Shown here one piece after another: positions 24,395 through 32,000 of a stretch of DNA of 32,000 bases. The notes beneath the pieces are model-generated. The model searched no databases. It was not told the DNA's origin and saw only the letters and a program-made list of their open reading frames with translations. A program made the translations under genes and the position numbers. Source of the DNA: Candidatus Omnitrophota bacterium (GTDB taxonomy: Bacteria > Omnitrophota > Gorgyraeia > Zapsychrales > JANLHA01); NCBI GenBank assembly GCA_963662715.1, contig OY759724.1:2430001-2462000 (forward strand), given 5' to 3'. The stretch's first letter is position 1. The number at the start of each line of letters is the position of its first letter.

Positions 24395-25972
24395 GTGTAT
24401 GTTAAGAATAAAATTATGGGGAATCGTCATAAAAAACTAATCATTCTGCTGGCTGTCTTGTATGTGGTTGTAAATCTTTTGACAATAAAAGATGGGCATA
24501 ACTGGTGCTCGGACTTTGGGCAGTATTTAGGTCAGGCGGAAAATATCATTGAAGGACGACCATATGGCCATACGTATTTTATCGGAAGGCCGGTCGTTAC
24601 CCCGCCGGGATTCTCCCTGATTTTGATCCCGTTTTTAAAATATTCCGGGTTGAATTTCCGGATTTTGAAATTTCAAAATGTTTTTTTCTTTCTGGGATTT
24701 ATTTTATTGCTGTATGCTTTTATGCGGAAACATTCAGATGAAAAGGATGCCATATTAGGTGCTCTTTTACTGTTGACTTCCCCGGACTTTTTTATTTTTA
24801 AGCAACATATCATGTCTGATGTCCCTTTCTTATCTTTCATTACGGCTTCCATTTTTTTCTGGATAAAGTATGAAGAAAATAAGCAGACCGGAAACGCAAA
24901 ACAAGAAGTCCTGTCTTTATCGGCGGCAACGATTTTGATGTGTTTTGCCTTTTTTATCCGTTGGGCCGGGATGGCCCTGTTTATATCCATGACGATATAT
25001 TTTCTTCACAAGAAAGCGGACAGGAAAGCTTTTGGCCTCATTTTGCTGGGATTCATTATTTCTATTTTTATTCAAAAAGGGCTGGGGACGGATGGCTCAA
25101 ATTATTACCATGAAGTCGCTCGCCCGTTAGGGAAATGGATCATGATGAGCTACGGGGCTATGGCGCAAACCATAAAGACGATATTGATCTTTTTCTTCCC
25201 GTGCCGGACACAAGTGAGCCTATGGGTTTTCGCTGTTTTGGAAAAAACGGTCCATATTATCAGCCCGCTTTTCTTTGTCGCCGTGATTTCCCTGTTCTGT
25301 TGCCGGATCAGAAAGAAGTCTTTAACGGTCATTGAATCTTTCTGCGTTGTTTATCTGGCCGGGAATCTGCTCTGGTATTTTATCGGGGGCACTAGGTACT
25401 TATATCCGGTCATTGGTTTTGTTGTCCTGTTTCTTGTTAAAGCCTTGACCTTTTCCGCCCGGAGTGCCTTTGGCCGAAAATGGTTTATTCATTCCTGGGG
25501 GCGGCTCCTTATCATTTTATTGATCTTTCATAATGTCGTTAGCATCCTGCTTGTTTTGGATTACGATGACGATCAAATCGGTAAAAAGGATGCCAGGGCC
25601 ATGATAGAGTGGCTTAAGACTCATACGCAGGAAGATGAACGTCTGGTTTTTGGAAAACCCCGAGAGTTGGGTTTCCTCACGAAAAGATACGCCACTTCAT
25701 ATCATTTTTTGCGTGATGGAGATCTGTGTCAAAGAATCCGGGAACTGAATGTCCGTTATTTTGTTTTCGAAGACTATAAAGAAAAATATATCTGTCCGCG
25801 TTTGAATTTGACGGACGTTCCTCTTTGGGCTCTCGCCAAGAAAAATGTCCTGGTCCCGTTTAATATTGATACAGGCCAGCTTTCTCTGAAAGAAATAACG
25901 GCGTGCGGCTTGGACGTCAGGCAGGTATGGGGGGGGGACAGAGAATACAAAATATATAAAATCGTTGAATGA
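24395..25972 (+). CDS. GT-C fold membrane glycosyltransferase (ArnT/PMT family 39/83-like)
   Basis: 525 aa with about 10 or more TM helices and a C-terminal soluble domain. This architecture is typical of dolichyl/undecaprenyl-phosphate-sugar-dependent GT-C enzymes. The start is the GTG at 24395 or the ATG at 24416. The call rests on topology, not on a strong catalytic motif. Confidence 0.6.
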   Translation: MYVKNKIMGNRHKKLIILLAVLYVVVNLLTIKDGHNWCSDFGQYLGQAENIIEGRPYGHTYFIGRPVVTPPGFSLILIPFLKYSGLNFRILKFQNVFFFLGFILLLYAFMRKHSDEKDAILGALLLLTSPDFFIFKQHIMSDVPFLSFITASIFFWIKYEENKQTGNAKQEVLSLSAATILMCFAFFIRWAGMALFISMTIYFLHKKADRKAFGLILLGFIISIFIQKGLGTDGSNYYHEVARPLGKWIMMSYGAMAQTIKTILIFFFPCRTQVSLWVFAVLEKTVHIISPLFFVAVISLFCCRIRKKSLTVIESFCVVYLAGNLLWYFIGGTRYLYPVIGFVVLFLVKALTFSARSAFGRKWFIHSWGRLLIILLIFHNVVSILLVLDYDDDQIGKKDARAMIEWLKTHTQEDERLVFGKPRELGFLTKRYATSYHFLRDGDLCQRIRELNVRYFVFEDYKEKYICPRLNLTDVPLWALAKKNVLVPFNIDTGQLSLKEITACGLDVRQVWGGDREYKIYKIVE

Positions 25973-26015
25973 TTTTTATCTCTTCCTTGTCCGGCAGGGG
26001 GTGTTTTAAAGGGGT

Positions 26016-27425
26016 TTAGAGTTCCTGCAGGATTTCTCCTACGGCCCGCTCCAGCGACCGCCCGTCCAGTTTGTAGGCAAAATCTTCAATGATCTGCGCC
26101 GTATTGTTTTTCCCCCTTTCCCCGGTTATAGAGCCGAGCACGGTATGGACGGTCTGTTTTAAGGCATTTTTTTCTGTCGCATATACTGTTCTGTAATTAT
26201 GGTATCCCTCCAGATGGCGGTATTTTTTTGTGCGCCCTTCTTCAAGTAGATCAAAGGCTATAACAGTTTTATCCAATAGTAAAGCTTCTTCGGCAAGAGT
26301 GGAGGCCAGGGTGATCAGCAGGTCTGAACAGTGAATCAGGGAATAGGCATCAAGGGAGCTTCCTACGGGCTGTGAATCAACCAGAAGAATGGCTTCGCGG
26401 CGTGATTGGGGGATTAATTGTTTGTATAATTTTTTCCTTCCCCGGTCGTCAGGATGGGGCTGCACAAGGAGAAGCGCTTTTGAGGCATCAAAACTATCGT
26501 AAATATCCCGCACGTATTGATTGTACATATTTTCACAATCCGGATATATGTCGTAATAGTCGTGCAGGCATCCCGCAAAAAAAATGACTTTTTTGCCTTG
26601 CGACTTTTCTCTGTATCCGGGGTGAATCTCTGCCAGTCTTTCCAAAGTGATGTCCTTGTTCAGCCTGCCCAGACGGTCATGCAAGGGATTGCCGGTCAGC
26701 CTTACACTGTCCGGGGGGACGCGGTATTTGTTGGTGAGGTCTTCCCGTATCCGTTTTCCAAAAACCAGAAGGATATCGGAGGCGGATGAAGCCAGCCCTT
26801 TAACGGAATCTTCACGGCTTCCTCCGTGTTGAATGGAAACGGTCTTGACACGAAATTTTTTTAAGACATCAGCCGTGTCAACGCCGTATTTATGATGCCG
26901 GTAAAAATAACGCTGGTCAAGACACAAAAGGACGATTTTTCCTTCCGGCCGGAGGCAGGCTCTCAAAAGACATCCGTGATCTTTTTCGATATGACAGCCC
27001 TCTGCCCGCAATTCTTCCGCAACGTGTTGCGGGAGGCTTTTAAAAAGGATGAGATTGATTCGAATATCTTTGGCCTTTGCCGGGGACGCTTTCAGAAGAC
27101 CATGCAATAGCGGGATCAACATCCTTTCATCGGCGACTGTATGCACGAGCGCAGTTATTTCATGCCGCGCCGGTTGATTGTCGCTGAAAAATTGCGTAAA
27201 GCGAAAGGAGAGGGGGTAGAAGAGGAGGCGAATCCTTTTTCTTGCCGGGACATGATCAGTCAAAGAGAAATAATAATTCCCCAGGATCATTCTCTCAAGG
27301 GCGGACAATATTTTCTTCAGCGTCTGTTTGCAGGTCTGGATCATTTTCTGTCTGTGGTTCCCGTAAGAGTTGCGGTATGTATGGTATAAGCCGGGGGGCA
27401 TCGCAAACAGTGAAAATTGTACCAC
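26016..27425 (-). CDS. GT-B-fold-like glycosyl/glycerophosphotransferase or epimerase-like protein
   Basis: 469-aa ORF. Motifs are reminiscent of TagF / 2-epimerase-type GT-B proteins: VSIQHGGS, VRLTGNPLHDRL, VIFFAGCLHDYYDIY and SDLLITLASTLAEEALLLDKTVIAFD. The family assignment is uncertain. Confidence 0.45.
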   Translation of the reverse strand: MVQFSLFAMPPGLYHTYRNSYGNHRQKMIQTCKQTLKKILSALERMILGNYYFSLTDHVPARKRIRLLFYPLSFRFTQFFSDNQPARHEITALVHTVADERMLIPLLHGLLKASPAKAKDIRINLILFKSLPQHVAEELRAEGCHIEKDHGCLLRACLRPEGKIVLLCLDQRYFYRHHKYGVDTADVLKKFRVKTVSIQHGGSREDSVKGLASSASDILLVFGKRIREDLTNKYRVPPDSVRLTGNPLHDRLGRLNKDITLERLAEIHPGYREKSQGKKVIFFAGCLHDYYDIYPDCENMYNQYVRDIYDSFDASKALLLVQPHPDDRGRKKLYKQLIPQSRREAILLVDSQPVGSSLDAYSLIHCSDLLITLASTLAEEALLLDKTVIAFDLLEEGRTKKYRHLEGYHNYRTVYATEKNALKQTVHTVLGSITGERGKNNTAQIIEDFAYKLDGRSLERAVGEILQEL

Positions 27426-27812
27426 TCATTCCCAATAGAGGCAATGAGAATAAACCTTGCGGGCGTATTTCTTAACATGTTTTATTATAATGATTTGCAA
27501 TATGGCCGATCCCGGCCGCTTCTATAATGAGGAAATGATCCCGGGCAGGCCCTGATAGCCGGGATGCTTAAATCATCCTGCTAATCTGCCTCCAGAAAGA
27601 GGCCCTTCCCTAAAAGCAACCCTGGATAAAAGATGTTCCGGTGAATTTGATAAAAATAAGTATGAGTGATATACTTGAAGGGACTATTAATTAGATATAT
27701 GTCTCATAATATTTATATTTATAAAAACGTCGAAAAAAGTTGTTCATAGATCGTATCAGGTTCCGTAACGGAGAAGATCATCATTTAAGTATTGAGATGA
27801 GGAGGTCCATAA

Positions 27813-28952
27813 ATGAGAATTTTATCACTCGCTGTTATAATTGTTCTTTTAGGGGCTGTTGCTGCGTTTTCCGGGCAACCTCGGGTCATGCTCACTCCTT
27901 TGTCGATGACGGTAGGCGGGGACATCAAAAGTCTGCAGGACGGCGGCAGTTTTGAAATCTCGTCTAACATGTTTATTAAGAAGGAACCCAAGTCCTTTTA
28001 TGTTAATGATGAGTCTTTTATCATACGGGTTAGAATCACCAATTACGGCCCGGAAGAATTTGGTTTCAACGGTGCGGAATATTTGACTAAGGAGGAGTGG
28101 GTTATAAGCAGCCCTTATTTTGTCGTGGATTTGGGCAAGCCCAGGTGTGAAGAAGATGATGATCTGGGTTTGGGGAAAGAAGAAGAGGCGAAGATCTGTC
28201 CGCCTATAAAGATTGAAGTTGAACCGTTAAGCCGGAGATCCGGGAAAGATGTTGATCTTTATTTTAATTTTACAGAGAAGATTCAGCACGGCAAACTGGA
28301 TCTGAAAATAGGGTTAAAGGCTCCCGATGCGAGAGGGGCCGATGAGGACGGTGTTATTTGGGCTGACCCCCTGAAATTGGATATTGACCCCTGGCCGGTA
28401 AGGAGCTTTATGAAGGTATGGGAGGAGAAAACAGGCTGGGCGAATATGCGCAAAGATATGCGGGAGAATCAGCGCACAGGGTTGATTAAACGGCGTTACT
28501 TGACCGGGGAATTGATGATTGAGGAAAATTATCGAAACGGAACATTGAACGGGACAAGAAAATTTTATTATAAAAACGGCGTTGCTCAGGAAGAAGCCGA
28601 GTTTTTGGACGACGAATTGCACGGAGAAAGGTTTTTATTCCAGAGCAATAAGGAACTTGAAAGATTCGAGATATACCGGTATGGAGAGCTGCTGGGAGCT
28701 GTTCGGTTTACGCCTTTTGAAATAGAAAGGGAAAAGCAGAAGAAGATCCATAGCCTGCGAGCCAGGGTCGAAAAGGAACTCAATCCTCCTGAAGAAGAAT
28801 CCGACCAGTCAGAGGGGACTCCTGCGCCGTCCCCATCCACAGATATGACCACAGGAGCTACGCCGCATACGAAAGATGCCTCTGCGGCGCCGGCCGGGAA
28901 TCCCGTCCCCCCAACGGGGCAGAACCCGGCTGTGCCTGTGCTCCCGGAATGA
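27813..28952 (+). CDS. Secreted protein with MORN-variant (YwqK-like) repeats and a Pro-rich C-terminal tail
   Basis: GAGGAGG SD. Signal peptide MRILSLAVIIVLLGAVAAFSG. MORN-variant-like stretch YLTGELMIEENYRNGTLNGTRKFYYKNGVAQEEAEFLDDELHGERFLF. Tail TPAPSPSTD...PVPPTGQNPAVPVLPE. Confidence 0.6.
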   Translation: MRILSLAVIIVLLGAVAAFSGQPRVMLTPLSMTVGGDIKSLQDGGSFEISSNMFIKKEPKSFYVNDESFIIRVRITNYGPEEFGFNGAEYLTKEEWVISSPYFVVDLGKPRCEEDDDLGLGKEEEAKICPPIKIEVEPLSRRSGKDVDLYFNFTEKIQHGKLDLKIGLKAPDARGADEDGVIWADPLKLDIDPWPVRSFMKVWEEKTGWANMRKDMRENQRTGLIKRRYLTGELMIEENYRNGTLNGTRKFYYKNGVAQEEAEFLDDELHGERFLFQSNKELERFEIYRYGELLGAVRFTPFEIEREKQKKIHSLRARVEKELNPPEEESDQSEGTPAPSPSTDMTTGATPHTKDASAAPAGNPVPPTGQNPAVPVLPE

Positions 28953-29002
28953 AGAAGCTCTTCTCATCCGCGGCCTGTTAAATTTTATAAAATGGATGTC
29001 CC

Positions 29003-30100
29003 TTATTGCGGAAAGCGCTTCCGTACAGGCGTCTTTTTAAAATCTGAGCGTTTTAATTCAACATCATGATTAGGATTATAAGAATCGCTGTCCGTATAGA
29101 GAATGTCTCCCGACTCATTGACCCAGCGGTTTCTCCACTGGTTTGAACCCACCTCGACTTCATTGGTATAAGGGTTAACGTATTCCTCCTGATCCGTCAA
29201 CGTGAGGAACATGTCATTATGAATTTCTGCGTTCGTCTTCTGCTGATGGGACACGATATCTTGTTCGATACGTTGAATCTCTCTCTGGGTGTCCAGGACA
29301 ATTTGACCGCGCTTGATCTGTCCTTGCAGTTCTCCCGCCAGCCAGCGGGAATCGATCTTTACGGATTTTTGAATGATACCGAAGACAGCTTCCCATTTTT
29401 CAAACACATCTTTCGGCGCCCGGATGAAAAATGTTTCCTTGTTGCCCCACATGCCGGCACCGAGCTGGCCCCAGTTTTCTATGACCCCCACCATTTTTTC
29501 TTCAAATTCCGTATTGTTTTCAGAGTAATTTATTATGGCCATGGCGGCGTCGTACTGAAAGCCCAGCTGCGGGAAGAACTGCCGGACGCGTTCCTGGTAG
29601 TTCTGCGCTACTTTATTGAGATTTTTCTTTTTTTTGAAGTCGATGTTTTGAGCCTGCGGATGGGCGTAGGGGAAGGCTATCTGAGTCAGGAAATCGGCAG
29701 CGGACATTAAAGGATAGACCGTCATCCCGTTGTAATTGCTCCCGGGAGGAAACATGCCCATTTGTCCGGCGGGTGAGTATCTGGCGTCAAAATACAGCAT
29801 ATCAGGAAGCCAGCGAATCATGACCGACCCCTCTTTGTCTTTTTTTACGCTGAAGTCCAGTTTGGCGGCGATAGACTGGGCCGGGCCGCCTTGCGATAAA
29901 GGGTCAACCCGGACAATCCCGCCTTCAATCTGCCACCCTTGCGGAATGAGGATGGAAAACGCTTTTTCTCTGGGTTCATAAACGCGGGTGAAAATCATAA
30001 CATCTTCGCGAGCGGTCTTCAGGGCTGTCTCAGGAGGCTGAGAGCAGGACAGGGATGTTCCCAACAGAACTAAAAGTAAAAAAACAGAAAAGCTTTTCAT
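29003..30100 (-). CDS. Hypothetical secreted protein or lipoprotein
   Basis: On the minus strand AAGGAGG lies 5 nt before the ATG at 30100. N-terminus MKSFSVFLLLVLLGTSLSCSQ, with a possible lipobox L-S-C. 365 aa. Confidence 0.65.
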   Translation of the reverse strand: MKSFSVFLLLVLLGTSLSCSQPPETALKTAREDVMIFTRVYEPREKAFSILIPQGWQIEGGIVRVDPLSQGGPAQSIAAKLDFSVKKDKEGSVMIRWLPDMLYFDARYSPAGQMGMFPPGSNYNGMTVYPLMSAADFLTQIAFPYAHPQAQNIDFKKKKNLNKVAQNYQERVRQFFPQLGFQYDAAMAIINYSENNTEFEEKMVGVIENWGQLGAGMWGNKETFFIRAPKDVFEKWEAVFGIIQKSVKIDSRWLAGELQGQIKRGQIVLDTQREIQRIEQDIVSHQQKTNAEIHNDMFLTLTDQEEYVNPYTNEVEVGSNQWRNRWVNESGDILYTDSDSYNPNHDVELKRSDFKKTPVRKRFPQ

Positions 30101-30246
30101 ATGACCTCCTTGTTATGATAAAAATAATAAATATTGTAACGAATGAGATTTGTTTCGTCTATATTGAAATTATGACTTTTGGTGTGGTGAGCGGCCTTTG
30201 TCCGGAGCATGAAACATTTTTAAGACTGTTGAAAGAGGAGGGGAAT

Positions 30247-30609
30247 ATGTTGTTGAAGATTCTCGGATGGTTTTGGATCACCGGAGGGATTCTGTTTTTG
30301 TGGAAACCGGAATGGTTGCGAAATCGATTGAAAAAGAAAAGCGTCAAAACAGTCCGCAGATTTTTATTCAGCCTGATTTTATGTGTGAGTGTCCTTTTGA
30401 TCAAGGGGGCCTGGGGCGTTCCCGGGATTCTGGCGAAAATCATTCTTGTCCTGGGAATGATCGGTATCATGAAAGCTTTTTATCTTTTAAAGGCGAAAAC
30501 CGCTTCGGTCATTATTGACTGGTTTGTCAATCAGCCGGCGGTTTTTTTCAGGATAGCCGCCGCCGTTCATCTCATAATCGGTGTTGTTCTCTTACAGGTC
30601 CGTGCCTGA
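30247..30609 (+). CDS. Small hypothetical membrane protein
   Basis: GAGGAGGGG SD lies before the ATG at 30247. There are four hydrophobic segments (ILGWFWITGGILFLW, FLFSLILCVSVLLI, ILAKIILVLGMIGIM, FFRIAAAVHLIIGVVLL). The listed longer start at 30055 lacks an SD. Confidence 0.5.
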   Translation: MLLKILGWFWITGGILFLWKPEWLRNRLKKKSVKTVRRFLFSLILCVSVLLIKGAWGVPGILAKIILVLGMIGIMKAFYLLKAKTASVIIDWFVNQPAVFFRIAAAVHLIIGVVLLQVRA

Positions 30610-31284
30610 AACAGTCCGTTGATGAGCCCGCTTGCCCTCCGGACAAGTTGCCTGTGATTTGTCGGGACAGGACGCGGAGAAAATCTTTGCGATGACAAAC
30701 GAGATCAGCAGAGAATAAATGAGCGGAGCTGTTGCTAAAATGAGGATGATTTTTCGTCCGGTTAATACGGGCGCAGGGATAATCAACGCGAGGAGAATAA
30801 CCACGGTGATCATGAAATTTTGCGCGGTTCGGCTGTAGGTGTTGATCACTTGGATGATGGAGGGGATGCGATATTTATCGGCATAGAATTCTCCGATCTG
30901 ATAAAGGGTTTTCTTCCTGATAACATCACCCTCAAAATCAGAGGACAGGAGGGTTAAGGACAGCTCCTGTACGAGTTTTTTCTCCCTGAAATGATTCCTG
31001 GCCCCAAGGCAGAGGCAGGGGATGATCCCCAGGAGGATGAGTTTCTGCAAATAAACATAAGTCAGTAACAGGAACAGGATAATCAGGATGAAAATGGTCT
31101 TCTGTTGCCGGCAGATCCCGGTGAATTCTTTGAAAAGCTGTTTTGTCCTTTCATCCCGTATAAGCCGTGATTTTATGGCGGGACACAGCAGCAAAGATGA
31201 AAACCAGTGACGGACTTGTCGGTCGTTATCGATAGTGCTTGCGATAGCTTCCGTGCTGGTTATATTGTCATAAGAGGGGATCAT
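30592..31284 (-). CDS. Hypothetical polytopic membrane protein
   Basis: 230-aa ORF with TM segments (IFILIILFLLLTYVYL, LILLGIIPCLCLG, FMITVVILLALIIPAPVL, IILILATAPLIYSLLISFVIAKIF). Its 3' end overlaps the convergent small gene by 18 nt. Confidence 0.55.
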   Translation of the reverse strand: MIPSYDNITSTEAIASTIDNDRQVRHWFSSLLLCPAIKSRLIRDERTKQLFKEFTGICRQQKTIFILIILFLLLTYVYLQKLILLGIIPCLCLGARNHFREKKLVQELSLTLLSSDFEGDVIRKKTLYQIGEFYADKYRIPSIIQVINTYSRTAQNFMITVVILLALIIPAPVLTGRKIILILATAPLIYSLLISFVIAKIFSASCPDKSQATCPEGKRAHQRTVSGTDL

Positions 31285-31392
31285 GGATTTTTACGGTTAT
31301 GGCGTGAATGTATGTTTTATTATTCCACATTTTATATCAATTGTTTCGGTGGAACAAGATTTTTAACTTCGGTTTGATCTGGAGTGCCGGTG

Positions 31393-32000
31393 ATGTCTCA
31401 AAAAAATACGGCCGAGGCCTGTTATAATCTGATCAGCATTTTTGTTTTAAGCCTGGTGTTTTTATATTCTTTCATCAGGGCGGCTGTCGTCCCGGTTTTT
31501 CATGATGAAGCTTATACTTATTTTGTCTATGTCAAGGCCCCTCTCAGCGTTGTGATGTCTGAACTGGGCAACAATCATATCCTGAATTCCCTCTTGATAA
31601 AGATGACGGTCGGCATGTTCGGTCTCAATGAATTGAGTCTCCGGCTTCCGGCTCTTTTCGGGCATGTCCTGTATCTTGTCGGTGTTTACAGGATTTCCAG
31701 ACTTTTTTTGCGGAGATTCGATCTTGTCGTTGGAACTATCCTGCTGACATTTAATCCCTTTGTCCTGGAATTGTTCTCTGCGGCCCGGGGGTATGCCTTG
31801 GCTTTAGGGTTTTTTATGCAGGCGTGTTATTATTTTCTGCGAAGCCGCGAGGATTTCACCCCGAGGAATGTTACCCTGACAGCCTGGCTTTTGGGATTAG
31901 CCGTATTTTCTCACTTGACCTTTCTTTATCTTTACGTGGCGGCCATGATCATTTTGTCCGGCGAAATTTTCAGCCGCGGGAATTCATCTTGTCCTGGACA
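31393..32000 (+). CDS. GT-C fold (ArnT/PMT-like) membrane glycosyltransferase, 5' partial that runs off the window
   Basis: This ORF is not in the supplied track because it has no stop. My manual translation from the ATG at 31393 stays open to 32000: MSQKNTAEACYNLISIFVLSLVFLYSFIRAAVVPVFHDEAYTYFVY... The DE-containing first loop after TM1 is typical of GT-C enzymes, and several TM helices follow. Confidence 0.6.
   Translation, partial: MSQKNTAEACYNLISIFVLSLVFLYSFIRAAVVPVFHDEAYTYFVYVKAPLSVVMSELGNNHILNSLLIKMTVGMFGLNELSLRLPALFGHVLYLVGVYRISRLFLRRFDLVVGTILLTFNPFVLELFSAARGYALALGFFMQACYYFLRSREDFTPRNVTLTAWLLGLAVFSHLTFLYLYVAAMIILSGEIFSRGNSSCPG

Noticed and set aside
31462-31665. 67-aa minus-strand ORF.
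   Set aside because: It lies antisense inside the longer open + frame (31393->end) that encodes a convincing polytopic GT-C-like N-terminus.

Overview
This window looks like chromosomal DNA from an uncultured-type diderm bacterium. GC is low to moderate. It encodes many signal-peptide proteins, TPR proteins, a PEP-CTERM protein and an outer-membrane barrel. I cannot assign a taxon from the sequence alone. Nearly all genes are on the + strand.

Layout:
- 1-5.4 kb: an HD-GYP signalling gene followed by envelope or secreted hypothetical proteins.
- 5.47-6.32 kb: an unusual array of 116-bp tandem repeats, each carrying the first 21 nt of the tRNA-Ser(CGA) gene that directly follows the array, then a strong terminator.
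- 6.3-13.4 kb: a visibly more AT-rich, tRNA-proximal accessory stretch. It holds a C-type-lectin/PEP-CTERM protein, an overlapping (possibly translationally coupled) SIR2-like plus double-domain KaiC-like ATPase gene pair, small membrane or lipoproteins, an orphan CbiZ-like gene and a very AT-rich orphan gene.
- 13.6-21.6 kb: a higher-GC block with a DUF3857/transglutaminase-like protein, a run of secreted hypothetical proteins, and an Hsp15-like S4 protein.
- 21.8-32 kb: an envelope and glycosylation neighbourhood with a TPR plus beta-barrel (Slam/DUF560-like) protein, a proline-rich hexapeptide-repeat secreted protein, two GT-C (ArnT/PMT-like) membrane glycosyltransferases, a GT-B-like protein and a MORN-variant protein.

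The best candidate for an undescribed system is the SIR2-like + KaiC-like ATPase operon at 7354-10171, a putative NAD+-depleting defence module. It is architecturally analogous to SIR2-HerA but uses a different ATPase family. All domain calls come from motif recognition by eye and need profile-HMM confirmation.
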